Of a DNA stretch of 64,000 nt, positions 39,399 through 50,639 are shown piece after piece. A model generated the notes under the pieces. It was not told the DNA's origin and made no database searches. It saw only the letters and a list, made by a program, of their open reading frames with translations. The position numbers and the translations under genes were made by a program. Origin of the DNA: Gemmatimonadota bacterium. Lineage in GTDB: Bacteria; Gemmatimonadota; Gemmatimonadetes; Gemmatimonadales; GWC2-71-9. Each line of letters starts with the position of its first letter. Position 1 is the stretch's first letter. The stretch lies in NCBI GenBank assembly GCA_036679645.1, contig JAZDCY010000013.1:32001-96000 (forward strand), in the 5' to 3' direction.

Positions 39399-41030
39399 TT
39401 ACGGGGACGGAAATCCGTTGATGTAGCGGTTGTGAAACCAGATCAACTCGGTGGACAGATGCATATTCCCCGCGGTATCCATGGTGCGCCCGCTCACCGT
39501 GTACTGGCCGTTGGCAAAATTGATCGATGTGCCGAACACCGGAGCTACTCCCGCGAGCGGGGGCGGACTCACATCGGGATGCCCGTACCAACTGTCGGGG
39601 TCATTCGCTTCGTACATACCCTTCAGTACGGGCGTCCCGTCGCCCAGCGCCTTGGGTGGTGCTGAAAGCTGTAGTGTCCTGGTGGTCGCCTCGAAGAACC
39701 CGAGGAGCAAACCTTCGGCTTCCGTAGTAAGGGCTTGCTGCTGATTGGGAGGAAACAGCCTCAGTGCATTCAGCGCGCCGAACATGACCGCCAAGTCCTC
39801 GGACGTAAAGGTCCGCTGGCTCACAAAACTCCCCGTTGCGCCATCGTAATCGGTCTTGATGTCCTCCCATAGCGACTCGATGTCAGGAGCGTAGTCCCCC
39901 AACCCCAACCTCTGAGCTTCCACCAACCCGCGCAGTTTGTGACTCATGTCCACCGCGTTGTCCGGAGTCGTGGCTGCCAACTGTGTGGCCAGCGTTGTCA
40001 TGTCGGCGGTGGAACTTTGAATGAGGTTTTGCCAGGTCAGAGCTTGTATGGCGAGTGATATGTCGGCAGGGGTCACCAGCCTCGTGACATCCAGCGCTCC
40101 AACGATGTCGTTGGCCATGGTTGCTCCCATCCCGGCGATCATGCCGGGAGCCATTCCCATCATCTGCTCCAGCTGCATTGCGACCATGCCATATCTACTG
40201 CTGGGATCTGAAGCCATCTGGTTCAGGTCCACCGCCGCGATCACCGTCGCCATGTTCCCGGCATGCGAGGCAGTGTACTTCGATCCGCTCATGTCTTCCA
40301 TCATGTCCTTCGTCATCATCACCGCTTCGGCGAAGAGGGCCATACCCATGAAGCGCTGTTGCGCACCAAAATCCTGATTGGGAGCGCCAAAGTGAGCTTC
40401 CACGTGGAAGAAACGGGCCCACTCGAGCAGCTTGGCAATGGTCCATCCTTGGGCGGCGTTGGAAAACGTTCCGCTGTTGTCCCCGTCCCCACCCATCATG
40501 ACCGGAGTTGCCGACCACCGCATCTTCGTAAAATCCAAGTTCACGATCCCATCGAGCACATCCCCGGCACTACCCTTCCATGTCGGGTTTCCGCTCGTGT
40601 ACACCGATCGCAACATCAGAGGCATGATAGGCATCATGACGTGATCCCCGTCGCCGTACATCTCACTGGGCCTCATCATGCCATCCAACTTGGTAGGATC
40701 GAAGTCGGCATCCGCCATGCCCATGAGCATCGGTGCCATAGCCATGAATTCGCCCATGGTCATGACGGCTCCTTGAGCGGTATCTCCGACACCAAGCTCT
40801 CCCATGCCGCTCATGAGCATGAGGGTCATCATGTTGTACCGGGAGTACCAATAGCCCTCCATGACGACTTCCGGCTCGATCGAAGTGAGTCGAGCGTCTG
40901 CTAGAGGCGCAATCGGTGTAGGCTGTGGTTCGCTACCGGTGAGCGTCTCGCCCCGGTCGCAACCGGCACCCAGCACTAGACACACGACGAGGCCTGAGAC
41001 CACGATCGGCGGGGTTCTTGGAGTCAACAT
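39399..41030 (-). CDS. Methionine-rich lipoprotein of unknown function
   Basis: Lipobox GAGC; about 47 Met in 543 aa by hand count; GAGGTGAGG RBS. Confidence 0.8.
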   Translation of the reverse strand: MLTPRTPPIVVSGLVVCLVLGAGCDRGETLTGSEPQPTPIAPLADARLTSIEPEVVMEGYWYSRYNMMTLMLMSGMGELGVGDTAQGAVMTMGEFMAMAPMLMGMADADFDPTKLDGMMRPSEMYGDGDHVMMPIMPLMLRSVYTSGNPTWKGSAGDVLDGIVNLDFTKMRWSATPVMMGGDGDNSGTFSNAAQGWTIAKLLEWARFFHVEAHFGAPNQDFGAQQRFMGMALFAEAVMMTKDMMEDMSGSKYTASHAGNMATVIAAVDLNQMASDPSSRYGMVAMQLEQMMGMAPGMIAGMGATMANDIVGALDVTRLVTPADISLAIQALTWQNLIQSSTADMTTLATQLAATTPDNAVDMSHKLRGLVEAQRLGLGDYAPDIESLWEDIKTDYDGATGSFVSQRTFTSEDLAVMFGALNALRLFPPNQQQALTTEAEGLLLGFFEATTRTLQLSAPPKALGDGTPVLKGMYEANDPDSWYGHPDVSPPPLAGVAPVFGTSINFANGQYTVSGRTMDTAGNMHLSTELIWFHNRYINGFPSP

Positions 41031-41226
41031 ACCTCACCTCAGTCATTACAATTTGGACAGACGGCGCTTCCCGTAATTGAGAGAAGCAGCATCGTAATTT
41101 CGTATATGGAATAGGGCACCGATCGTGTGGAAATGATGAAGCCTGCAACAAGAAAGATAACGGCCAGGGGTCGTCACCTTCGATCGCGCGTTGCTCAAGG
41201 ACGAAGGCTTCCGGGCGCCGTAGCCC

Positions 41227-42639
41227 TCAGTCCGCTGGCCCGATCTCTACCTTGATGTGGCGCCACCGGCCCTGCCGGAATCGGATCATGCTCAACACCG
41301 AGCGCGTGACATGGCCCAGCACGATCGCGAGCCAGATGTGCCACGCCCGCAGTCCCCAGACCGATTGTATCACGGCGCACATCCCGAGCGGGACCAGGAT
41401 CTGCGAGACGAGCGAGATATAGAGTGGACTCTTCGTGTCACCTGTCCCCTGGAGTCCGCCCGTATAGGCGAGCGCCACGGTAACGAAGAGCCCGGACACA
41501 CTCAAGAATGCCAGCAGCTGCGTGCCGATATCCATCACCAACGGGTCTTCCATCCCGAAGAAGCCAAAGAGTACTCGTGGGAAGAGCAGGAACACCAGCC
41601 CCAGGCTGACCGCCACCCCCAGACCAATGCGCGCAGCGACGTGCACCCCATGGATCGCTCGCTCGGGATGCCCTGCTCCGAGGTTCTGCCCCGCTACCGC
41701 TGCGGCCGCGGCCATCAACCCTACCGACGTCCACGTGATCAGGGAAAAGAGTTGCGTGTAGCCGACCGTGTAAGCGGCCTGTGCCTGCGCGCTCGTGGCG
41801 AGCGACCCGACAAACGCGAGCAACACGACCCCACCTACGTTCATCGCGACGCCCTGGAGTCCGGTCGGGATACCGAATCGGAAGAGCGCGCGAATGATCG
41901 ACCAGTCGGGTCTCCAATTCATGCCACGACGGAACTGTACCACCCATGTGTGCGAGAAGAACAAGCGGTACGCCGCCACGAGCGCGAGCACTCCGCCCGC
42001 GATCACCGTTCCCATCGCGGCGCCTTTGGTGCCGAACGCGGGAACGGGGCCGAGCCCTCGGATCAGGACGACGTTGAGCCCGAGGTTCAACAACGTGAGT
42101 GCAATGCCGTACCTCAGTGGCGTGCGGGCATCTCCCGCCGCACGCAGCGCCCCACCGACCATGTAGAACATCATCATCCCGAAACTGAAGACGAACAGGA
42201 TGCGCAAGTACGGCAGCGCTTCGGCGCGCACGTCGGCGGTTGCGTTGACCAGCCCCAGTAGCGGTGGAGCGAGGAAATAACCAACGGGCGCCAGTATCAC
42301 CACGGCCATGAGCATGGCGGTGAGGAACGCCTGGTATACAGTACGATTGACTTTGTCGGGTTCGTTGGCACCGGCGAACCGCGCGACGAGTACACCCATG
42401 CCCGAAAAGAGCGACATGATGAACACCACGACCACCAGAAAGATCTGCCACGAGACCCCGATGGCGGCGTTCCCCGTGTAGCCCACGTAGTGCCCGACCA
42501 TCACGTGATCCACGATGCCTTGGAGCCCCCCGATGACGTTCTGCAGCATCGTGGGCCAGGCGAGTTTCCAGACGGCTCGCCCGATCGGTCCCTCGACGAT
42601 CGAGCGGTCGAATGGCTTGGGTTTGGTTTCGTCGGGCAT
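41227..42639 (-). CDS. MATE family efflux transporter
   Basis: LAWP, D..MVG, GDARTPL, GTGDTKSP; about 12 TM segments. Confidence 0.93.
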   Translation of the reverse strand: MPDETKPKPFDRSIVEGPIGRAVWKLAWPTMLQNVIGGLQGIVDHVMVGHYVGYTGNAAIGVSWQIFLVVVVFIMSLFSGMGVLVARFAGANEPDKVNRTVYQAFLTAMLMAVVILAPVGYFLAPPLLGLVNATADVRAEALPYLRILFVFSFGMMMFYMVGGALRAAGDARTPLRYGIALTLLNLGLNVVLIRGLGPVPAFGTKGAAMGTVIAGGVLALVAAYRLFFSHTWVVQFRRGMNWRPDWSIIRALFRFGIPTGLQGVAMNVGGVVLLAFVGSLATSAQAQAAYTVGYTQLFSLITWTSVGLMAAAAAVAGQNLGAGHPERAIHGVHVAARIGLGVAVSLGLVFLLFPRVLFGFFGMEDPLVMDIGTQLLAFLSVSGLFVTVALAYTGGLQGTGDTKSPLYISLVSQILVPLGMCAVIQSVWGLRAWHIWLAIVLGHVTRSVLSMIRFRQGRWRHIKVEIGPAD

Positions 42640-42722
42640 TGACCTCACAGAACTCAGAACGTCCAACAATGAAAGTCAAACGGCGAAGGGATGTTCCCTA
42701 TTCACCCATTCGATGCGGGGCA

Positions 42723-45388
42723 CTACTGGTCGTACTCCGACAGTAGCCGGCGTGCCTCCACGTTCAGGGGGTCCAGCTCGAGAGCAGCCTCGAGCGCAGC
42801 GCGGGCCCGCTGTATACCCGGGTCACGGGCCTCGTAGGACTTGGCGAGGGCTACGAGTCCGGGTGGGCCCCGGACCGAACCCAGCGGCGTTTCGGCACGG
42901 CCGAAGATCATCCGCGAGTTGGGGCTGCTGGTATCGATATGCAAAGCCAGCGGCGCCGCGTACTCGATGCGCATGTTGTCGTCTGTGTTCAGGCCTTCGT
43001 CGCCAACCAGCACGCGAATTCGCTCGGTGCCCAGCATGTAAAGACTGAGCATCATCTCGGGCTCGACGAAGCCGATTCGCTCGAGGTCCTCGAGCACGGC
43101 AGGGTTGCTGCCGTAGTTGCGCCGCATCGTTGACGCGTCGAGCGGCAGGGGTGCGTCGCTGGCGATGACTATCAGATCTCCGGCGGTCACGCGGAACAGC
43201 CGGAGATGTCGGAAGACGGCGCCCATCGTTCCGAGGAGCGAGCGTAGGTCCTCAGGATTCATACCGTAGGTCTGAATCCACTGGGCCCAGACGCCGCCGG
43301 GGCGCATCTTGCGTTTCCCAAGTTGGAAAAACTCGAGCGTGAAGAGATTGGACACACCGCTCAGCCACGGATTCGAGGGCTCGGAGCCAACCATATCGTA
43401 GGTGCCGTCCTCCGTCAGCAGAAGGTGGTTGCGGGCATCGTTCAGATGGAGCCGGACGCGAGGATCTTCGAGCGGCTCGTGGTTGTGCTCTCGGAAGAAA
43501 CGGCTCGCTTCGATCACCGCCGGCTCGATCTCCACGATGTCAATCCGCTTGGGTGACTGGTGCAGAGTAACAGCGCCTAGAGAGATGCCGCTCGCCAGGC
43601 CGATAGCCAGGACGTTCTCGGCATCGGGCCTGAAGGCGAACGGAAGGTGGCCCAGCAGCAGCTCGGTCTCCAGATCCGTGTGCGACGAGGCGTCTACCTT
43701 GCCGTTGTTGGCGAGCCAAATGTCGCGTCCGTTCTTTACTTGAGCGACCGTCACTACTGAGGAGAGGCCCTCGTCGTAGAACAGCAGCTCGAACGGTTCG
43801 ACCGCGAACTTCATTACGCCGCTACGAGTCCTGTCCTCCAAGACGGCGACGTAGGTGAACATACCGGCGGTCATCAACAGGGGGTTCCAGGCCGGCGTCA
43901 CCCAGAGGGGCAACGCGACTCCGGCAGCCAGAAGAGTCACTCTGACGAGCCGTCGCGGGTCGAAGACGTCGCCATCCTTGGCAGCCAGTACCACGATCAG
44001 GCCCGCGCCCGCGAAGTTGACGACGATCCCCAGGGACACGCTGCCCTGAATGTTGAGAGCCGGGAGCAGGATCAGGCCGCCAAGCGAGGCGCCCAGAATC
44101 GCCCCCACTGTGTTGCTTCCGTAGAGCAGCCCGACCGGCCGGCTGAGCTCCTGTGCGCTGCCCTCCGCCGCCGATCTCTCGGCGAGGGCTCGGACCAGGA
44201 ACGGGAATGTTGCGCCCATCAAGATCGCCGGGGGCAGCATGATCGCCAAACCGAGCCCGAGCTGTGCCAGCCAGAAACCCATGGGAGCGTCCTGGAAGCG
44301 ATCGAACATCACGGTGAAGGCAAATGGCAGCTCGCCGTAGAGGTACATCGCGATCCACGACAGCCCGCCCACTCCGACCTGGAGTAGCGCCAGATTGCGA
44401 AGCAGGCGCTTCAATCCCCCGCGCTCGAGGCTGCGATCGGCGATGGCCCCGCCTCCCCAACCCCCCAGCCCGATCCCCAGAAGAAAGGCGAGCAGCATCA
44501 ACGAGAACGAGTAGGCGCTACCGCCTAGGATCAGCGTCAGCAGACGGAACCAGGCCACCTCGTAGAGCAGGCTCGAGAATCCGGCCAGGAAGGCGACCGT
44601 CAGTAGCGCGGCCCCCGTGAGGCCGATCAGTTGACGTCTCTTGTCCGCCTCCTCCTCCTTGGGCGCGATGGCGGCGAGCGCGGCGTTGCGCCGGGCGAGG
44701 GTCCAGGCCACGGCGGCGAGGAGGAAGTTCGCGAGGGCCGCGACCAGGGTGGTCATGTGGAGACCGAGACCGGGGAGGAGGTAGAAGCCGGCAAGCCCGG
44801 TACCGATCACTGCGCCGATCGTATTCGCACCGTAGAGACGGCCGATCCACCGCCCGATCTCGTCCCGCTGGGCACCGACGAATCGCGCGAGAAGCGGCAG
44901 TGTAGCTCCCATGCAGACCGTCGGAGGCAGGAGCGCCAGGCCCCGACCAGGAGAAGCTGGAAAGTCGCAAAGGCCAAGGGCGACGGGTCCACCGCTCGGA
45001 AGAAAGCCAAATACAGCGCTTGCATGAGCCCGAGAAGCAACGGAAAGACGAGAGCGTAGAGGCCGATGAAGGCCTCGAGCATGGCATAGGCCGCCAACGG
45101 CCTGCGCACTCGCGCGGCCCACCTGGCGGCGCCGAGACTGCCTACGGCCAGCCCCGCCATGAAAGCCGCGAGCACCGTGCTGATCGCTACCTGGCTCGTC
45201 CCGAAGACGAGGTGGAGCTGGCGGGCCCAGAGGTTCTCGTAGACCAGCGAAGTGGCACCGCTGGCCACGAACAGAAGCACCAGCGCGAACAGGCCTCGAC
45301 GGCCTCTCGCCGAGGCGGCCCTGGCCAGCCTCCCTGCCCTGGGCGTCTTCCTCGCCTTCCCGCGCCTCTTCCTCGCCTTCCTGCTCAT
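42723..45388 (-). pseudogene. Fused membrane / spermidine synthase-like protein, frameshift near 44942
   Basis: SGATSLVYE..W, MGATLP, Y..NT.GA repeats; IGLASG, VEIEP, NDARNHL, SEPSNPW. Adding one G to the GGGG run restores the frame. Confidence 0.85.
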
Positions 45389-45479
45389 GGGCTCATACTC
45401 CAAAACAAGAGGCTCCCCGAACCCAAAGATCCGGGGAGCCCGTAGACCGCGAAGTGACGAAGGGCTAGGCGGAAGCCCC

Positions 45480-46688
45480 TCAGATATCCGGCGTAAAGTC
45501 GACCAACGATAGACTCCCGAATTGGTCGCCCAGCTCGAGAGGCTGCGAGCAGGAGGTGTGGAACTTCACCGACTGCAGCAGCGTGCCGTCCAGGGCGTAG
45601 ATGTGCACCCAGGTATTGGCCTTGAGCCGGTTCGCGCCCGCATTCGTCGCGTCGATACCGAATGTACCGTTGAGCGCCACGGTGCCGTCGAACCATGTCT
45701 TGGCCCTGGTATCGTCGGGGTTTTCCTTGTCCGACGCGACAATTCGGACGGTAGCCGGGAGCACCCCGAAGTCCGCGCAGCTGATTTTTGTCGGATCCTG
45801 TGAGTTGCTGGTCGCGGAGCAATCCGCGCCGGTGAACTCCATCATAGCGACCCGTGGCTTGCCCGCGTCGCAAAGGTCGTCGCAGTCCTCCTCTTGACCC
45901 GCGGGACACACGCGCCCACCGTCCTTGCTGAATGCCTCGACAACCTCGAAATCACCGAACACCGATCCCGGTCCGATGGGGCGCGAGCAGCTCGTGTGGA
46001 TCTTCGTCTCGGGGCCGCCGTTGGCCCTGATCTTGATCTCCTTGCCCAACTTGTTGTCACGGCCCTGCCCGACAAACGAGAACTCTGCGCCCGCGGCCAC
46101 AAACTCATCGAACACGATCTTCTTCCCGGCCTTCACTTGGATGACGGCATCTGGACCGTTGTTCCGCAAGGTGAGCTCCGTGACGCCACCTCTACAATCG
46201 CTGCACGGGAGTTCGGGCTCGGGGACGTTGTGGAAGATCGCGACACATCCAAGCTTGGAAGCCGTGATCTCGCCGGAGACCCCCGGCCCGGGCCGGATCA
46301 CCGATGTGACGGTTCCCTGCCCATCGATACCGAGCACCTCGACAAAGTCCAGCGAGAATCCCGTCGGGATGATCTCCGTGATGGTCACGACGTCGCTCAG
46401 CCCATCGGTGTCCGTATGGACCACCTTGCACTCGCCGTCGAGGAGTCGCTCAGTCTTCGTGATGACGGTAGATCCATGGAAGGGGTTGTTGGCCACGATC
46501 TCGATCTCGAAATCCGCCGCCGAGCCCACCTTGCAGATCTCGAACACGCCTGTCTGCGGCACACCACTAACGACATTGAGCGCCGGAAGGGCACCGGGTG
46601 ATTCGGGGGGGCCGTTAGCGTCGCTGCACGCGACGGCCACAGCGCCAGCGAGAAGTACAAACCAGTGGGAGCGAAGACGGGCACGCAT
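45480..46688 (-). CDS. Cys-rich lipoprotein with two HTSCS-motif domains (DUF7467-like)
   Basis: Lipobox AVAC; CRGGVTELTL...IHTSCSRPIGPGSVFG and FHTSCSQPLELGDQFG. Confidence 0.72.
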   Translation of the reverse strand: MRARLRSHWFVLLAGAVAVACSDANGPPESPGALPALNVVSGVPQTGVFEICKVGSAADFEIEIVANNPFHGSTVITKTERLLDGECKVVHTDTDGLSDVVTITEIIPTGFSLDFVEVLGIDGQGTVTSVIRPGPGVSGEITASKLGCVAIFHNVPEPELPCSDCRGGVTELTLRNNGPDAVIQVKAGKKIVFDEFVAAGAEFSFVGQGRDNKLGKEIKIRANGGPETKIHTSCSRPIGPGSVFGDFEVVEAFSKDGGRVCPAGQEEDCDDLCDAGKPRVAMMEFTGADCSATSNSQDPTKISCADFGVLPATVRIVASDKENPDDTRAKTWFDGTVALNGTFGIDATNAGANRLKANTWVHIYALDGTLLQSVKFHTSCSQPLELGDQFGSLSLVDFTPDI

Positions 46689-46938
46689 GGCAGGATCTCC
46701 TAGAGCATAGGTACGACCAGTAGGATGCGTCAAACACTGGAAGACCCGTGCCTTTGGGTGATCTACGTCACAGACGGCGCCGCACCGCGGTTTTCACGCT
46801 GGCGGGCGACAAGGGCGTCGCTCGTGCCCCACGGATGTCGCGATCCGACAGTGGCACCCGTAGTGATTCCGACACACCGATCCAGAATCCGCCGGGCGCG
46901 GACTGGGGCCACCGACCAAACCCACGTCCGGGCCCCTT

Positions 46939-48702
46939 CTAGCGAAGTTGTACGGTCGTCTCGACCGTTCCGCCTTTGAGCGCCGAGTAGCGTACGGTCA
47001 TCGACCCGCTACCGCGAACGAGGTACTCGATAGTCCGTGTCGTGCGCCCGGGATGTCCGCTACGAATCAGGATACGATCCAGCCCCTCCTGATCGATCAT
47101 CTCCGTGGGGCCGGGGCGGAACTTGTTCTCTACCCATCCCGCCGCGATGATCTCGACATCGCCATCGACCGAGAGAATGTCCGGTCGGACCACGCGATTG
47201 CGTCGCCCGCGTTCAGTGATCGTGGGAATCAGACGCTCGTTCCTGATATCGACCCGCACCCGGAACGTGTTGCCACCCACGCGCTCCACCGTACTCTCGT
47301 TCATCGTCATGAGCGGCATCTGGTCGGCGTGATAAAGCGTGAACGCCATGTTGCGATGAAACAGCTCCATGCTCATGAATCGCGGGTTCACGCGGCGTGA
47401 CAACTTCTTCCACCCGCCCAACTCGACCGCACCGAACTGTGGGTGGTCGTACGGTGCCCATTCGACGAACTGATCGCCCAACTCGAGAAAGTCGTCAAAG
47501 AAGAACCGGGACCTTTGTCCGGAGATCGGTGAACGTGGATTCTCCTGTTGCCGCTGGAGCAGCGGGCTGTTGAAGTACTGTCCGCCGTTCCACAGCTCGT
47601 TGGAGAACGAGATGATCCCCAACCCGTCGTTGGTCCAGTCGATCGATCCGCCGTGCACTGAGTAGAGGCCACGCCAGATCACGTAGTAGTTGTAATAAGG
47701 AAGAATTCGCTCACCGGTCTCGCCCAACTCGTCGTACACGCGGATATCCGACCGGGGATACGTGCCGTGCCACGCCGTACCCGGACCGCGGAGAATCATC
47801 CCACCCGAGTTATGGAACGACTGCATGCCGGCGATGTTGGGTCGCGCCATCATGAAGTCGTTCAACGCGCGGGCCTCTGGAAGCTCGAACGGGTAATTCA
47901 TCGAGCCACGCTGTATGTAGTTGGGCTGCCAATCGGACGCGTAGTTGCGGTTGGGATCGTAACCGCCCACCGGATCTTCGTTCACGCGACCGTCACCGTC
48001 ATTGTCGATCCCCTCGCTGCCCAACAGGATCCAGTCCCCGAACTCGCCCGGTGGAACGCGTTCCATTATGCGAGGATCGTCGTGACTGATACGATGCGTG
48101 CCTTCCCCGGGTACGTATTTGCGAATCTGCTCGATGACGCCGTTACCATTCAGGTCGTCGGGGCCATCTTCGTCGGCCACCCCGTCGCCGTCGCTGTCCA
48201 CGGGCACGTGACCGGTACGCGCGCCGGAGCCGGCCTCGTCGAGGAAATAGTCACGTCCATCGGGGTTCACGCTCGGCACTAGGTAGAACACGCGCTCGTC
48301 CACCAAACGCGTCACGTCCTCAATGCGACCGTAGTTCTCCATCAGGTACCAGATCGTGTAGAGCGTCACCTCCGCGCCCTGGATCTCGTTACCGTGGACG
48401 TTGGCCTCGATGTACATGGCCGCCTTGTCCCGCTCGGCGCCCGTGCGTGGATTGTTGATCGTCATCACCCACATCTCTCGGCCGCCGTGGCTATTGCCCG
48501 CTGATTGCAGCGTCAGGAACTCGGGCCACGTACGCTGCATCAATCGGAGGCGCTCGCCGATCTCATCGTGATCGAGCCAGCGATCCCACGTGAGGGAAAG
48601 TCTGTGCTCGGGATCAGACCCGCGTCCCTCCTGCGCGGTGAGCCCGCGTGCCACTCCAACCGTCGCCGCAACGAGACCGATAATAAGGAATAGGCGCGTC
48701 AT
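46939..48702 (-). CDS. M14 metallocarboxypeptidase
   Basis: HGNE zinc motif, NPDG, DPNRNY, FHNSGG. Confidence 0.9.
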   Translation of the reverse strand: MTRLFLIIGLVAATVGVARGLTAQEGRGSDPEHRLSLTWDRWLDHDEIGERLRLMQRTWPEFLTLQSAGNSHGGREMWVMTINNPRTGAERDKAAMYIEANVHGNEIQGAEVTLYTIWYLMENYGRIEDVTRLVDERVFYLVPSVNPDGRDYFLDEAGSGARTGHVPVDSDGDGVADEDGPDDLNGNGVIEQIRKYVPGEGTHRISHDDPRIMERVPPGEFGDWILLGSEGIDNDGDGRVNEDPVGGYDPNRNYASDWQPNYIQRGSMNYPFELPEARALNDFMMARPNIAGMQSFHNSGGMILRGPGTAWHGTYPRSDIRVYDELGETGERILPYYNYYVIWRGLYSVHGGSIDWTNDGLGIISFSNELWNGGQYFNSPLLQRQQENPRSPISGQRSRFFFDDFLELGDQFVEWAPYDHPQFGAVELGGWKKLSRRVNPRFMSMELFHRNMAFTLYHADQMPLMTMNESTVERVGGNTFRVRVDIRNERLIPTITERGRRNRVVRPDILSVDGDVEIIAAGWVENKFRPGPTEMIDQEGLDRILIRSGHPGRTTRTIEYLVRGSGSMTVRYSALKGGTVETTVQLR

Positions 48703-48707
48703 CGCGT

Positions 48708-50639
48708 TCACCTCAGGGTCACGGTTGCAGTGGCGGTACCGCCCTTTTGGGAACGGACACGAATCTCGACCGACGTTCCGGCACGGGCGCTGATCACCCA
48801 CGTGACTTCCTCGCGTCCACCCGAGCCCTCGAGTCGCTGCACCCTGCTGGTCTTGTCATCACCGGTCAGCACCGCATCGGGCGGAACCTGTATCTGAACT
48901 ACAGTAGGCTGTACCGAGCGCGACACAACGCCGTGGCGCAGCGCGGTCGGGAAGTATCCCGTGTTCTCGATCTCGACCGACACGGTGAAGACACCGCCGC
49001 CGTGATTCGTGACGTCAGTGCCGACAATACGAACGCGCGGGAGCATCCCGGCGAGACGGACGGCGAACGCGCCGTGCGCTCTGCCCAGTTCGGGCAAGTC
49101 TTCAGCGGGCGGATTCACTACGGCATGTGGCCGGAAGCCACCGATCTCGACCGCACCCAGATCCGGATGTGAGAACGGCGTCCAGTCCACGAATGCGTCG
49201 ATCCCCGCACTGTCCAGCGCCGTCAGTACCGTAGAGTCCGCTCCGGCTCGCTTGGATGCGTCCGGTCGCGCACCGCTGCGCGCCCTTTCGCCTCCGCCTC
49301 CCGGGGGACGGGCAGGACGCCGACGCGCGGCGGGCGGCGTCGAGTCGTCGGCCGCCGGTCTCGCGGGCAAACCCCAGCCCGCCGTGCTGAATGACGGTAC
49401 CCCGTACTGGAAGTAACCGAACTGGAAGAACGCGCCCTTCGCTTCGCGGTTGGTTCCCAATCGTGAAATACCTGTGATCTCCTTATACGCGCGCGACACC
49501 GACTCGAAATACGTGCGATCGGCGGCATTCACTGTGGTCGCGGGTCGGCGACCGGCACTCGGGTCGTTGTCCCGGCCGGGCTGCGCACCCCGCAACCGCG
49601 GAAGACCGCCCCCGCCCCCGCCAAAGCCGAACCCTGCGAATCCGCCGGGCTGGTCGGCGTCGAATATGCCCTTCTCCCACAGCTCGTCATACGACGCAAT
49701 CGCGAACGCCGGCAGATCGAGCGCAAGCTCGTCGGCCAGCTTGCCGCGGTTGTCGGGTGGGGTCACGAGATTATCCGAGTGTCCGAACGTGAGGATCGCC
49801 CCGATATTCCGGTGCGCCACGACGAAATCCATCAGCGCGCGGCTCTCGGGCTCACTCACCATGTAGGGACCGGCGTCCCGCTCCCAGTAGGGATAGGCGT
49901 GCTGGAAATTGCGGTCGAGGTCAACACCACCCGGACCGTCCTCGCTCACCCACCCGTCGCCATCGGAGTCGCGTCCCTCGATGTAGATCGAGTACGCACC
50001 CGATTCGCCCTTGCTCGGATCAGCACGTCGCATGAGACGGGCGTCGTCCGGGTGGATCATGTAGTCGCCTGACGGATCGGCCACGCGCATCACCGTGATG
50101 AGCCCGTCGCCGTTCAGGTCTCGAGGTGGATCCTCGTCGATGCGGCCGTCGTTGTCGTCGTCGAAGGCGCGACCGTTACGCCGCCGGTCGTACCGCACGC
50201 TTGCGAACATCGCTTCGGCGCCATCCGGATTGAGACGAGGCACCACGTACACGACGCGTTCGCTGAGCACGGAGTCGGGATTGGCCGTGCTGTCGCCTCC
50301 CGTCAGGAGAAAGCGGATGGTCTCCAACGCAAGCGCGCTCCCAATGACGTGATCGCCCGAGAGGTTCCCAACGATCAGCAGCCCCGGACGCGAGTCCAGC
50401 GGTGCGCCGGTCGGGTTCCCGATCTCGACGAGCCAGATATCCCTGCCCTCGTGCGAAGTGCCGAGCGAACGCATCGAAGCGCTACTCGACCCCTCCACCA
50501 GAGATCGCAGCTCGCGAGTGAGCGCGTCGTGGTTCAGGTAGGATGCCGACTGCGCGCCAAGGTTGCCGGCCGGCATGCCGAGCGCCAGCATCATGACGAC
50601 AGCCGCTACTTCATGGCTGCATATCCCTGCGATCCGCAC
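48708..50639 (-). CDS. M14 family carboxypeptidase-like protein with degenerate zinc motif
   Basis: NPDG, DLDRNF, SEPE; GNLSGDH in place of H-x-x-E. Confidence 0.85.
   Translation of the reverse strand: MRIAGICSHEVAAVVMMLALGMPAGNLGAQSASYLNHDALTRELRSLVEGSSSASMRSLGTSHEGRDIWLVEIGNPTGAPLDSRPGLLIVGNLSGDHVIGSALALETIRFLLTGGDSTANPDSVLSERVVYVVPRLNPDGAEAMFASVRYDRRRNGRAFDDDNDGRIDEDPPRDLNGDGLITVMRVADPSGDYMIHPDDARLMRRADPSKGESGAYSIYIEGRDSDGDGWVSEDGPGGVDLDRNFQHAYPYWERDAGPYMVSEPESRALMDFVVAHRNIGAILTFGHSDNLVTPPDNRGKLADELALDLPAFAIASYDELWEKGIFDADQPGGFAGFGFGGGGGGLPRLRGAQPGRDNDPSAGRRPATTVNAADRTYFESVSRAYKEITGISRLGTNREAKGAFFQFGYFQYGVPSFSTAGWGLPARPAADDSTPPAARRRPARPPGGGGERARSGARPDASKRAGADSTVLTALDSAGIDAFVDWTPFSHPDLGAVEIGGFRPHAVVNPPAEDLPELGRAHGAFAVRLAGMLPRVRIVGTDVTNHGGGVFTVSVEIENTGYFPTALRHGVVSRSVQPTVVQIQVPPDAVLTGDDKTSRVQRLEGSGGREEVTWVISARAGTSVEIRVRSQKGGTATATVTLR

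Noticed and set aside
41031..41200. CsoR/CueR operator upstream of the Met-rich gene
   Set aside because: No convincing palindrome seen.
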